DNA of 64,000 nucleotides, taken from positions 93,806,001-93,870,000 of the forward strand of contig NC_043005.1 in NCBI RefSeq assembly GCF_006345805.1, in the 5' to 3' direction. Position numbers and translations under genes: made by a program. The notes beneath the pieces are model-generated. The model saw nothing but the letters and a program-made list of their open reading frames with translations. It was not told the DNA's origin and did not search any database. Shown piece by piece: positions 25,590-38,839 of this stretch; within the stretch, counting starts at the first letter, position 1; the number at the start of each line of letters is the position of its first letter. This DNA comes from Octopus sinensis (lineage: Eukaryota).

Positions 25590-26510
25590 ATCCACCAAAG
25601 TATCAAAGTGACTATAGATTACCCTACTAGGTACCCTAACAATAGACTACTAGTCCTCTAGACATTGAACTTTGGTTAGAGTCTGTAAACAACAGAGTAC
25701 AGCTCCTCCACTCTTATTACATGAAATCCTTGTCATGCAATATGAAAATTAGCATACTACTAGCAGCAGACTTAGCTAGGACAATGTGTCCCCTCTATGT
25801 TAATTCAATGAAACAAGGAAACATATACAGAACTTCATGCACTGCATGCAATTATCTGGGTATGGATTCGAGTATACAGGGGAGCCTGAAAGAAATTAGA
25901 AACATGATATGTAATGATGCCAGTGGTACCGGTCTTAGACACTGAAGTAGAGACTGGAACGGTATAGAAGAGGATTTGTTATAAAGCAAACAGAGTGAAC
26001 ACATGGTATGAGGCTGATGAATATCAAAGAGTGATGTTTCTGGAGACTACACCTCATGGGGAATTAGCCATAGATTTAGGAAAGCTCTGAAGGACACCAA
26101 ACTCAACATTAACATCATTGAGAAACTGGGGAACTCCACTGGATCACAATTATGTAGGACGTCCATACTCTTTGAAAATACCACACAAGAACTGTGTAGT
26201 AAGTTTAACCCTAGTATTAACCATAAACTAGGAATGTAGGAATCTACAACATAAGGTGTGTGGAAGGAATTTGTAAGGACAGAAACATGGCATATATTGA
26301 GGAGACGTTTAGGAGTCTAGCAGAGAGTATAATGACAAAAAAACAGTCGTCCATACTCTATCAACATGCCAAAGACCAACATGGTGGCACACTGGACTGA
26401 ATTGACATTAGCATTTTGTCCAAACACCCAAAGGACCCATCACTTAGATAAATACAAGAGTATGTCTTTGTAAATGAAACATTACCCATACTAAATAGGA
26501 AATACGTGTA
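25590..26510 (+). mobile_element. Penelope-like element remnant (RT C-terminus plus GIY-YIG endonuclease)
   Basis: VMFLETTPHGELA at 26031. GIYNIRCVEGICKDRNMAYIEETFRSLAE in one frame from 26239. Stops and frameshifts elsewhere. Confidence 0.8.
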
Positions 26511-27046
26511 GAAGGTAGGTATGCTCCAATGCCACAGATATTACCCACACAGAATACACAGATACATTCGTAAGTAGGCAGTCACGGTGGGTAGGTAAGT
26601 AGGTAGGTAGATAAGGTTTTTGGTGGTTAAGTCAGTTATATAGACTGTTAGTTATTGAGTTAATTATGTTAGTGGGTAGATAGGTGGAAGATAGGTAAGC
26701 TTATAGGTAGACAGACAGACAGGGGTACATAGATAGTATGGACAGACATGCACACACACACACACACACACACGTGTGTGTGTGTGCGTGCACATGTACA
26801 TGAGCATATCTGGGTGAATAATGACATCCCTGTCTAGAAAATCCTCCTCTAGTTTTGTTGCACTTTCAATGATAAGAGGAATAGAAAAAAAATTCTTTAC
26901 TTGGAAGACAAATAAAGGTTGGTAAGAGGAAGGGCATCTTGCTGTGAAAGAATTCCTCAATAAAGTTTTTACTCAAGTTGTGCTAGGATGGGAAAATCAA
27001 ACTGAAAATGAGTGAAGAAAAGAATAATTAAGGTAGAAAGCTTCAC

Positions 27047-27115
27047 CTGGCCAGTATTGCTTACAACCACTTTCTGTTTCTTGGATTCATAAAATTTGAC
27101 TTCACCAAAATTCAG
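27047..27115 (-). CDS. OCRL: OCRL-like ASH-domain exon (LNFGEVKFYESKKQKVVVSNTGQ)
   Basis: ccttccag acceptor, CAG|gtgaag donor, 69 nt. Matches FxxVKF...SNNGQ. Confidence 0.93.
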
Positions 27116-27240
27116 CTGGAAGGAAATGAATTGAAAAGATGTTTAAACTTTTATTATTACTATTAGAAAGAAAAGCAACACTTATGCATTATTTCTTTTT
27201 ATACAATTCATGGCTGAAGTGGTGAGAAACATTTACTCAC

Positions 27241-27351
27241 TTCTGCAATGTCAATCTTAACTTGAGGCAAGTATTCATTTTCAATTCTGTCTAACCGCTT
27301 CATGATATCTTCGTAAACCTTTTTGGATTTTTCTTCATCAACAACTTTCAA
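27241..27351 (-). CDS. OCRL: OCRL-like exon (LKVVDEEKSKKVYEDIMKRLDRIENEYLPQVKIDIAE)
   Basis: tttcag acceptor, GAA|gtgagt donor, 111 nt. Matches the KVVD...ENDFLP linker into the ASH domain. Confidence 0.95.
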
Positions 27352-28002
27352 CTGAAAAATATAAATTACAATCTGTGAATTTAAAGAAAAAAGAGAGAGA
27401 GAGAGAGAGAGAGCACATGTTGGATATCTTATTTTCCAGAAATTACATACTTGTTTTTACATTTGTTGTTTTCAAATAAACAATTGCATGGAACACATAT
27501 TTGCCATTCAAAAATACACAAAAATGTTCACTTCACTTACTGTATTTGATGGTATTAACAAATCATGATCTTTCTAGAAGCACCTCAATTTTAGCTGTGC
27601 ATATTCAGGAAAAAAAGGTTTTAGTGCATTAAAGCCCAACTTCACATACAGATCTTGGGGTAATTTTCAAGACATTTCATGGGTAAAAGTGTATCTTATA
27701 TACCATTAAATATGGTAATGATTTATTATTTGGTATAAAAATTTTTGTTACACTGTTTGTGACCCATACATTGACAGTTTCATAGCAACTGGTCAAAGAT
27801 AAGGCCAGTATATATATAGGATTCAGGATTTTACTATACTTATTACCACTACTTACACAACCTTTACTGCTGCTACTACTACCTCTGCTATTTCTGTTGT
27901 TGTTGTTGTTGATACAACCCTTCCAATCCACTTATACAGTTTTTGACATACTCCTCTCAATGGTTTCTGTTCTGGGATCATCGACCAAGAGATGCTCTCC
28001 TT

Positions 28003-28208
28003 CAAAGCCTTAGCAATCAGATTATTCGCAAATGCAATACTTCATCGTCATCATTTATCTCGTAGCTAAGAGATTTTCATGATGTGATTGCTTATTTTTA
28101 GAATCACATTGTCGAATAGGTGTGAGAGGCCTGATCTGGCTAGTTTTAACATAAAAGTGGTAGAATATTTCAGCTGAATCTGGCTGGTTTGAATGCTGAA
28201 GTCATTAA
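28003..28208 (-). mobile_element. Degenerate copy of the MITE family seen at 50161-50610
   Basis: Its reverse complement resembles both ends of the 50161-50610 element (atttgac..aatctgaatg.taaaggg end). Judged by eye. Confidence 0.5.
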
Positions 28209-29735
28209 ATCCTTATTTTGCTGTTTGGCACAATGCCAAAAGTGCCGACTGACCGACAGATGAAAGCAGGACAGAGGTCATGAATGGCAACTAAAAGCCA
28301 CATTAATTGACCTACTACGAACTTCAGGCAATGAGAATCAGATTTACTGACCTACAGAGATCATCATCATCATCATTTAACACCTGTTTTCCATACTAGC
28401 ATGGGCTGGAATAGTTTGACAGGAGTTGGCATGCCAGAGAGCTACACCAGGCTCCTTTTTGTCTGTTTTGGCAGGGTTTCCACAGCTGGAGGCCCTTCCT
28501 AACATGCCAACCACTTTGCAAAGCATACTGGGAGCTTTTTATGTGGCACCAACACAGGTGCTTTTTACACGGTGCCAGCATGGAAAAACCATATTTAAAA
28601 CTCTGAAAACCATATACATTAACCAACAGCTACATTTCAGAGTAGTAGCAGTGTTAGTGAACAGGTGACAAAGTGAAGTTAACAGTTTTTGTGTTTCTGA
28701 ATGACTAACATGTATCATTCATGTTGTAATTGCATTAATTTCAATGCACAAATTCAGATCAAATCAATCACCAAAGAAGTACATCTCCAAAATACTTTCA
28801 ACTAGTTTTTCAAGAAGCTTACTCTCCTGGTTTAATGCCACTACCACCTGGTCTTTGGGTTCCTTTCACAGAGTTCATTACAGTAATTTAGCTAGGTTCC
28901 TGGTTTGAGGATGTCTTCTTCCCTCCCTCCTTCCTACTGGTCATGGGGACCCTAAAAAGGCTCATGGGTACTGTCCTCCCCTCCTAAGTGATAAAGAAGG
29001 ACCTAGTTATTGGGTAGGCTGGATGGGTGATTTGATTCAACATGAAATTTGTTGTTGTAGACAAAGACTAGTCCTAAATGTGGTGGTTTAAAATAGAACA
29101 GGCTATGTATATTGTTGGAGGAAGTTTAAAGGACTCCCCATAAGGGAGATAATAATAATAATAATAAATTCCTTATAAAGATAAGCAATTGGGCTCCTAG
29201 ACCCAAGAGGCTCTTGAGTGACTGACCAGCATGGCCATACCTTAAGATGGCACTGTGTGTTTTTCTTTTATTCTTTTACTTATTTCAGTTGAACTGTGAC
29301 CATGCTGGAGTATGCCTTGAAAGGTTTCATTGAAAAAGTCAAACCAACTGTACTTATTTTAAGGTTGATAGTTCAGCTATTAGTCTCCTTTTGCTGAGCT
29401 GCTAGGTCATGGGCATGTTCACAAACCAACACCGATTGTCAAGTATTGGGGTGACACACACACACACAAGAAACTTTTACACAGTTTCCATTCATCAAAT
29501 TCACTCTCAAGGTAGTGGCCAGCCTGGCACCATTGCAGAAGGAACTTGCCCAAGGTGAAGGTGCTGCACAGTGGAACTGAACCCAGAACCAGGTGGTTGG
29601 GAACTTCTTAAAAACATGACCACATAATATCAATAAATTTATTTGTAAGTTAATAACTAGAAGTCTGAAGTCTATCTCTACATATATATTCAGATCTGAA
29701 ATGAGTCCATCACTATATATCTATCTATATATCTA

Positions 29736-29775
<40 letters not shown>

Positions 29776-29830
29776 GTAGAAATATGTTACAAAAAGAAAA
29801 TATAAAATACAAAATACACGTGGAAATGTA

Positions 29831-30118
29831 AGGGTAAAATATGAAAAATCAACGAAAATGCACATTGTAAATAAAAAAAGGCTTTTTATGACCAGGAACT
29901 ATTAGACCTGACACCGTGTATTAGCCGGTGTTTTCAAAGCGATGAATAGCTTTGCGGAAACCATGGTATGCTTTGTTTTCTAACTTTATAATCATCTCAT
30001 AATAATGACTTTTATGACTACCTCAGTCAATCTAAATGTATATACTTGTCGTTACCTGCCATAAAGCCTTTTTTTTATTTACAATGTGCATTTTTGTTGA
30101 TTTTTCATATTTTACCCC
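29831..30118. mobile_element. MITE of 288 bp with about 65-bp TIRs, flanked by TA
   Basis: 29831-29896 (agggtaaaatatgaaaaatcaacgaaaatgcacattgtaaataaaaaaaggc...) is the near-perfect reverse complement of 30056-30118. TA on both sides. Confidence 0.85.
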
Positions 30119-30158
30119 TATATATATATATATATATATATAGTTAATCCAAACATGA

Positions 30159-30189
<31 letters not shown>

Positions 30190-30245
30190 ATCCAAACATG
30201 AATATATATATATATATATAATATATATATATAGTAATCCAAACA

Positions 30246-30303
<58 letters not shown>

Positions 30304-30323
30304 ATCCAAACATGAATATAAAT

Positions 30324-30368
<45 letters not shown>

Positions 30369-30400
30369 TATGTATATATATATATATATATATATAGATA
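30119..30400. repeat. Compound (TA)n/(CA)n microsatellite containing four copies of AGTTAATCCAAACATGAAT
   Basis: Copies at 30142, 30185, 30233 (one base deleted) and 30299, separated by variable (TA)n. Confidence 0.9.
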
Positions 30401-30559
30401 GATTAACATTAAAACATTCAGAAAGAGAAAAAGGAGAAAGGGAGAAGAAAGAGAAAAAGACAGAGCAAGCTAGAAATGAAACAATGCTGAGAGAACTGAA
30501 AACTAATCTTAACATTTAACTTTTCAAAACTATAATATCCATAATGAAAATATTTAACA

Positions 30560-31597
30560 AATTTCTAAATCAGAGAGCCACGATCACAAGTTATGCAGAT
30601 GATACAAAAGTTTCACAGGCAATACAGAACCCTGAGGACACTAAACACCTGCAATGTGAGCTGGACGAAATATACAAGTGGGCTGAAAAGAATAGCATGC
30701 AGTTCAATGCTGGAAAGTTTCAAGCTTTATACTATCAGCATGCAAAACTGAATGCAATACCCAATGAATACACTGGACCCGGAGGGATTGCAATCCCAGA
30801 GGCACAATCAGTGCGTGACCTGGGTATTCACATGAGTGATGACGCGACCTTTCATGTACATGTTGCTAAACTGACACTGAAATGTAGACGGCTGGCTGGA
30901 TGGATTCTTAGAACCTTTAGAACAAGAGAACAAGAAACCATGATGGTCCTCTGGAAGACACTTGTCCTAAGCCACTTTGACTATTGCTCTCAGCTATGGT
31001 CACCATCCAGTGTCAAGTTGATCACAGAACTTGAGGCGACCCAACGAAGCTACACAAAGAAGATAGCCTCTATGCAGAATGTAAGCTACTGGGAAAGACT
31101 CAAGAGATTAAAATTATATTCCCTGGAGCGTAGGCGGGAAAGATATGCCATAATATACATCTGGAAGATCCTGGAGGGAAGTGTCCTGAACTTTGGCATC
31201 GAGAGTTACGCAAATGCCAGAACTGGGCGCCACTGCGTGGTGCCTAGGACTCCAAACCTGCCATCAAGATGTAGGACAAGATTCTGTGATAGCCTGGGCT
31301 TCCGAGGCCCACAGCTCTTCAATATCCTCCCGAAGAACCTGAGAGACCTGCATGGGGTGGATACAGATGTCTTTAAAATGAAGCTGGATCTCTTCCTGTC
31401 AGGTGTCCCAGATGAACCAACTTCACGGCAGGAGGGGCAGATGAGGGCAGCTGCATCGAACTCTCTCATGCACCAAATAGCAGTTGCTAGAAAGCCTCCA
31501 TGAAGTGAAACCAAGTAGCAACACCAAATGGCGGTGCCCCAGCATGGCCACAGCTCATAAGCTGAAACTAGAATGAATCAATCAATCAATCAATCAA
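30560..31597 (+). mobile_element. 5'-truncated CR1/L2-group LINE with uninterrupted ORF2 C-terminus and (ATCA)n tail
   Basis: ORF 30544-31503 contains SYADD, RDLGI, YCSQLWSP, LKLYSLERRRERY and GPQLFNILP. Tail (ATCA)n at 31575-31597. Confidence 0.92.
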
Positions 31598-34500
31598 AAA
31601 TCTATTTAATAAATTAATAAACCAAAGAAACAGACAAACGACATATATATTCCCTGCCAAAGTCTTGCTTATATAAATACCTAGATTTTGTTAATTTCTT
31701 GAAATAACTTTTCTCCTCTTAATGCGTCCCAAGGGTTCTCTTTCTCTCCCTTGATGATCAACTAGTTTTGATTTCACAGCAATGTCTGTTCACAGCTACC
31801 ACAATGTCAACCTGTTCCAGCACATTCTACCTAATTGTTTATCTGGCCTGTCATTTTCATAAAAAGCCTGACATAACAACACAAAAGAAAAACAATGCAA
31901 CTCACTCACTTTTGCAGTATGTGTTGCACATTGAATGCTTTCATTATTCACTCTGAGTTGAATAAATTTTACCAAGTGCAAGCTGTCATCCTAAACCACC
32001 CAATGGACAAGAGTCGTTGACTGGGTTTGGACAAGGAAATGAGCCGTCACTAACAAAGTGTGTGTTCAGTGTTATATTGGTAACTACTTCCATCCCCACC
32101 CTCTCACCAAAGCTGCCAATATGGCAGCACAGCTAAACACTAATTAAGAAGATTCACTACTGTGTTGACATTTTACAAGTACAAATATAAGTTTTCAACT
32201 GGTTGGTAGTGAACACATACAAGGTTAGCATAATGTACACACACACACACACATGCTTTTTTCTTTTGTGCTGTTGGCAAGGAACATTCATTAGACAATT
32301 ACACCAGACTACCTTGAAGAAAACTCACAAACTGGTGGTTTCTAGTAAATTGGTTGATATTAAAAGAGAATACTTTGCTGTAATAATTTATATAAAACAT
32401 TATAATCAAGCTGAACCAATAGAAAATGTATTTACAAGTGAGAGGAGGGAGACAAGGGAAACATATACATCGTCGTCATCGTTTAAGGTCGGCCTTCCAT
32501 GCTAGCATGGGTATCTCTATATATATAAGGAGAGAGAGGGAGGGAGAGAGAGAAAGACAACTTGACAAGAAGGAAGTAACTTGGAGAGAAAGAGAGAATC
32601 AGCCAAGAAGAAAGGATGAAAGGATAAAAGGGAAATTTAATGAAGTAAAAGAAGAGAGCTGAATTTTTTTTAAAGAATTTGTAACAATATTTTTTTTACT
32701 CTTTTTGTTGGGTCTGGAAGAAGGGACCAGTGCCTACGGCCTTTGTAAGCTCTTCCCACCCCTAGAGCAGTGAAGCTGATACTATTAATTTTCATCTTGT
32801 AGGAAAGATGGGAATTGCAGGGGTTGGGAAGGACTGAGTGAATCATAGGGAGGGGCTGGGAGGTTGGACACAACAAGAGTGATAAGAGGAAGAGAGATAT
32901 ATAGATGGGGAGTGCCTGAATACATGTGGCATTGAGCCCAGCCAACTGCAAGGAGCAGAGGACTAATATAGTAGTGAGAGGAAAGGCAGAGAGAGGGAAG
33001 CTTGGAGATGTGGGTCAGAAACTGGAGTGTATCTGTGAGAGATGTTAATCACTTGAGAACTGGCTGTTTTCTAGATGAGGTCTAGGTTGTCTGTGTAGAA
33101 GAGCATTCACACTGCTCCAGATGTGAGCCACTCTACTGTGAGCCACTTATGAAGGTGGTGAGCTTGTAGAGTTGTTAGAGTGTTGGAAAAACACTTTGTG
33201 GTATTTCTTGTAGTATTTCTTTATGATCTGAGTTCAAATCCCACTGAGGTCAATTATGCTTTGTATACACTGTAAGGTAGTTGGTATTAGGAAGGGCGTT
33301 TTACCATAGGAAACCTGTGAAAGCTGACACTAGAGCTTGGCAAAGCCCTACAGCTTGTCAGATCCTGTCAAACTATCCAGTCTATGCCAGCATATAGTTT
33401 CAGTAATTATGGCTACAATAATTCGTTAAAAATTTTTTTTAAAGTTTATAATTGGGTGGAGGTAGTATAAAAATAATACAAAGATCTCTAAGTTACCATT
33501 TAGAAAACAGTTTTGTTTGTTTGCATGGGTGTGTTTTCAGAGTGGCATGGAGGTCAAGGAAACTCCTGAAGAAGATATGTTTCAGCTTTGACAGAATTTT
33601 GATTCGTCGAAAGTATTTTATTTTAGTTATTATGTGCAGCTGGGAGAAGAATGAACACTTATTTTGCTCCTCCGATTTCAATTGATAAATCAACATTAAA
33701 AGATGAAGCAAAGGTAAAATGAAGTAAATTATGTGAATGACTGTGTGTGTGTGTGTGTAAAAAGCCAGTGAAAGAGTTGGCTTGGTGTATCATGTAGCAT
33801 GCTTTTGTCAAATGTTTTAGGTGCCTATATGGTTACAAACAGACATAGATATATCTTGACTCTTTCTTTAACTCAGTGGAATAGCCAAGATATGAGACTG
33901 GAACAATCTGAAATGGATGCCTTCCTGGTCCAGGAATAGAATCCACAACATTTATGACTGTGAGCTAAATACCCTAACCACAACTTTGTATGCGGATGTG
34001 GATATATTCACACACTTAACACACACATTGATATTCTGTAGTCAAACAATGAAGATACACTTGTACCACATTCCTGCAAAAACAACTTAAATAGTATTGG
34101 TTTTCATTTAAATTGTGGCTTCATCTTACAAATTCAAAGTAGGATGAGTTTTTTTCCTGGAAGAACAAAAGAATGAAACAGTGACTGAAAGACATCAACC
34201 ACTACACCTTAGTTATTATCCTTCTCATCATTTTAATGTCTATTTTGCCATGTTTACATGGGTCAGACAAGAGTATTTCATGATATAGTTTTCTGCAGCT
34301 GGGTCCCCTTCCTGATCCCAACCTCACCTATTTGAAAGTGAGATAATAACCTTCTAGGTCTATTGAGCAACAAACAGCATAGACGATATGGTTACAAGGA
34401 GAACTGGAAACAATCCATAATGTATGAATGAACTTTTTCACTACAAAGATCACACAACATATCAAGACATGTCTGGGTCTTCATAAGGGACCACAGCTTG

Positions 34501-34779
34501 TAAAGCCCTTGTTTATAAACTAGTGAATGAATACCTGTGTGCAGAAATATGAACTCACTTGTGCCCCTCCACCACACACACAGAGAGGGTTCTTTCAATT
34601 TCCCCCCACCCCATCCCCTCACAAGCCTCAGTCTACCCAGAGCTACAGGAGTAGATATTTGCCCAAAATGCCATGCAGTGAGACTGAACCTGAAAGCACA
34701 CAGTCCTGCCATCAACTGATTTACTTATGGGCTGCTAGTATAAATATTTATGTTATTATATTTAAGACAGGCTGCCCCT

Positions 34780-35730
34780 GGGAGCTTCTCTACACTGATG
34801 GACCTTATTCTTATAGCTGAATCACCAGACCCAGAGAAGAAATTTCAGGGGTGGAAGCAAAGCCTGGAATCTAGGGTTTTAGAGTTAATTCAGCAAAGAC
34901 CAAAGTCCTAGAAAGTAGGAAAACAGACAAACCACAAGTCCCTTCAGGGAGACAGCCCTGCTTGATATGTAAGAAGGGTGATGGTAGAAACTCAATGTTG
35001 TACCGAGTGCAGGCTTTGGACACATAAGAGGTGTAGCTGCATCACAGGAAGGTTAACAGAGAAAATAGTCTTTGTGTGTGGCAAATGTGTGGGTACAATA
35101 AACATTAAAAATGCGCAGACAATAGACTTCCTCAAATGCTTAGGGGATCCTTAGAAGAAGTAGATAGCTTCTGTTACCTAGGCAACTGAGTTAGCAGTGG
35201 AGGAGGAAGTTCTGAAAATGTAGTTCCTAGGATAAGAATGGGCTGGGCAAAGTTCAGAGAGCTTCTACCTTTGTTGGTAACTAAGGGCCTCTCACTCAGA
35301 GTGAAAGGTAGATTGTATGATGCCTGTGTATGTACAGCTATGCTACATGTCAGTGAGACATGGGCTCTGACTATAGAGGATGTGTGAAGGCTTGAAAGAA
35401 ATGAAGCTGGCATGTTCTGCTGGATGGTGAATGTCAGTGTGCATGCACACGGCAGAGTATAAATGATTTAAGAGGAGAACTGGGTGTAAGAGGCATCAGA
35501 TGTGTGCAAGAGAGAAGACTGCACTGGGTTTGATCATGTGATGCGTATGGATGAGGATGGCTGCATGAAGAAGTGCCAATCTCTAATTGTGGAGAGAACC
35601 TGTGGAAGGGGTAGACTGAGGAAGACACGGGACAAAGTGGTAAGAAAAGATCTTTAGAAGCTGGCCCTCACTGAGGAAATGACAAGGGACCAGGAGTTGT
35701 GGTGGTTTGCTGTACTTGATAAGATGCATC
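34780..35730 (+). mobile_element. Degenerate RTE-clade LINE fragment
   Basis: CPWELLYTD (ORF 34527-34820), a GWAKFRELLPLL-like segment at 35240, and RLHWFDHV and GRxRKTxD. Frameshifted. Confidence 0.8.
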
Positions 35731-35897
35731 GAGCTAAAGAAAATTGCTGTCTTCCACAAATACAGGTTTGTCCTTTGCCAGTGGTGCACATACACACACA
35801 ACACAACCCAAAGACCATGTGATATTGAATAGTTTAAATTCTGCCTTAGTTATGAGACATCTGCTACACACTCAAATAAATATATTCTATGTGTGTG

Positions 35898-35901
<4 letters not shown>

Positions 35902-35941
<40 letters not shown>
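35902..35941. repeat. (GA)n microsatellite
   Basis: Read directly from the sequence. Confidence 0.97.
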
Positions 35942-35944
<3 letters not shown>

Positions 35945-35994
35945 GGAAGAAAGAATGATTAGAAAGGAGGAATAAATTTTGAGAATATACTCAC

Positions 35995-36130
35995 GCCAAC
36001 ATCAAAGATGGAACTGACAGGTTTGTGGTCACTTATTTTCAGTTCATTATGAGATCTGTAACAACTCTGGCAGACAGCGGAACCATTCCATAAAATACGG
36101 TCACACCAGGCAGGCGCACGGCATTTTTCA
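35995..36130 (-). CDS. OCRL: OCRL-like exon ([45 protein letters not shown])
   Basis: tttcag acceptor, GGC|gtgagt donor, 136 nt. PAWCDRIL and SDHKPV catalytic motifs. Confidence 0.97.
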
Positions 36131-38100
36131 CTGAAATTAAGGAGACAATTAAATGTATTAAAAACAAAAAACAAAACAAAAAGAAAAATACACAACTACA
36201 TTAATCCAAGGGAAATGTATTCTGGGAATTATGCACACAAGTGTTTCTTTTTTTTCTTCCCCCAAGTGGTTCAATGGTATGTATGTAATGTGATAAAGGT
36301 AACAGGAAGTAAAGCTGGCTTCAAATTTAGATTAACAATGTTAATATCCATAGAAAGAGGTGTGGAGTGGGGAAGTGAAGTAGTGATTGTGGTGAATGTT
36401 ATGGGAGTGGTGGAAGACATACAGTAGAAGCAATGGTGTTTGTAGTTTAGCACCCAGTCCCCAAACCCCCACCATTGCAAGTCAGTTCTGAACAAAGTGA
36501 CCCATGATGAAAGACATCTACAGCGATTCTACCTTTTGGATATTCAAGACTAATGTATCTTTCCATTTTGAAGATGGTAAAGTGTGCATTGTGGGATTTT
36601 GCTGCTATCTCTAGCATAGTCAAATGACCATATACAAGCTTTTTTGTCAGTTCATATGACTGAGAAAAGAATTGGTGTGTTAACCCTCTCAGACCTGGGC
36701 CCCTGTATCCAATTTTACTCTCCACCTGGGCTCCAGAACAGAAAATTAAATAGTTGCATATACAGCTCAAGAGTAACGATTCGAACTAATGGACAGAATC
36801 GGCTGCATCTTCTTTTTCTATGTTGTTCATTATTGCTTTATCAGGAATCCAGTAGAGATGATGTTTAACCTATTCCTAATATGGTATGACAGGGTTAAGA
36901 TAAGTTGGAGGTGGTGATAACAGCAACAGAAGAGAAAATGAATATTATTGAGAGAGAGCAGGAGAGAAACTTAGAAATAGTTAAAGTTTTCCATTTGTGG
37001 GATTGAATCTGTTCACAAAACTGTATTTTGTTATCAGGTTGGTAATGTGGTATCAGCTTCTGGTCAATAAAGCATGTAGTGTTCTCTTCACCAACAATAT
37101 TATTGTCTTCACTGTTTCATGCCTGCTTTCTATGCTGGCATAGGACAATTGGATCATTTCTTCTCCCCCAGATGATGAGGGAGACCAGACCACCACCACT
37201 ACCACCATCATCATCAACGTTTAATGTCTGCTTTCCATGCTGGTATGGGTTGGATGGTTTGACATGGAGCTGGCCAGGCTCCAGTTGTCTGTTGTGGCAT
37301 GATATCTATGGCTGGATACCCTTCCTAACACCAACGGCTTAACAGAGTGTGCTGGGTGCTTTTTATGTGGCACTAGCACCTGCAAACAAGCCTGTATGTA
37401 TGGAAGACAGTGATTTTACTTCGCTAATGAGTCTTTATTGCAACATCTCTCAGTCCTTTATCACTTCCTCAGTGAGGCCCAGTGTCTCAAGTTCCTTTCT
37501 CTCCATTTTGTCCCATGTCTTCCTGAGTCTACCCCTACCACAATAACAGCTTGGCACTTCTTTATGCAGCTGTCCTCATCCATACACATCACAAACCAAT
37601 GCAGTTTTCTCTCGGTTTGGTTTCTACCATCAATGTCCTTCATAACACCAACCACTTTACAGAGTATTACTGGGTGAGGCTTCTTTCATGGCATCAGCAT
37701 GAGAGGGAGATGCTACATCTTTGACAAGACTAAAGTGTCCTCAAAACATTACACTTAGCAAAGAGTACTGGAAAGCAAGACTTGGCTAAATAGTGAAAAT
37801 GGATGATGGACGTTGATACTAAATGACCAGCAGGGAGGTAGCGGTAGACTGTACGAGGGTCCTCAAGTAAATATCTCAAAAGCTGGAGTGATAAGGGTAT
37901 GTGAGGGATGGCTGGAATGTTGGAGAGTTGCCATGGTTTCCCTAATTACACTGGAGACAATGTATAATGTATAATGAACCATGAGGAAAGTGAGAAGGGG
38001 AGACAGGGATTAGGAGATGGGTAGTAGTAATAGTAACTGTTATTATTGTTTGGTCCCAATCAAATTTCAGTTGTGACCATCTTGAGTTTATTTACAGACA

Positions 38101-38256
38101 GGCGTAGGAGTGGCTGTGTGGTAAGTAGCTTGCTTACCAACCACATGGTTCTGGGTTCAGTCCCACTGCGTGGCACCTTGGGCAAGTGTCTTTATACTAT
38201 AGCCTCGGGCTGACCAAAGCTTTGTGAATGGATTTGGTAGACAGAAACTGTCTATA

Positions 38257-38305
<49 letters not shown>

Positions 38306-38453
38306 ATACATCCCCGTAACATAGCGGTTCGGCGAAAGAGACCGATAGAATAAGTACTAGGCTTACAAAGAATAAGTCCTGGGGTTGATTTGCTCGACTA
38401 AAAGGTGGTGCTCCAGCATGGCCACAGTCAAATGACTGAAACAAGTAAAAGAG
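38101..38453 (+). mobile_element. tRNA-derived SINE
   Basis: A-box TGGCTGTGTGGTAAG, B-box GGTTCAGTCCC, central (TA/TG)n, tail ggtgctccagcatggccacagtcaaatgactgaaacaagtaaaagag. Confidence 0.9.
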
Positions 38454-38839
38454 GAAGATATCAAGAATTCTGCTTCTCTTTCTTAAGACTTAGCAAAGGG
38501 AGGAAAGGTAGCATTAATGACTTTTTTTCCAAGAGCTGTGTGATTGGAGGGAGAAAGATATCCTCAGATGGGAAACCTGACCCAGAAGCATGCAACAGAA
38601 TGACTGCCCTAACCCACCACTACTACATGCACGCAAGGATCAGCTGGTGCAGTTAAGCAGAGCAATAGATTAAGCCTGTACTCGGGTTTTGGACAACATT
38701 ATCCTTTCTGCTTTTTTTAAGAGAGTAGAGTGTGATTTGAGGGAGATATGGCATCCACATATGTTTAGACTGTTTAGTGACTGTGCACGATGTAATAGAG
38801 AAAATCTGGTGATGAAAACGAATTTTAAGTAAACCCTAC

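Noticed and set aside
26748-26790. (CA)n-CG-(TG)n hairpin as a functional element
   Set aside because: This is a common by-product of microsatellite turnover with no evidence of function.
30119-30320. CRISPR-like repeat-spacer array
   Set aside because: The spacers are pure (TA)n, the context is a eukaryotic intron, and there are no cas genes.
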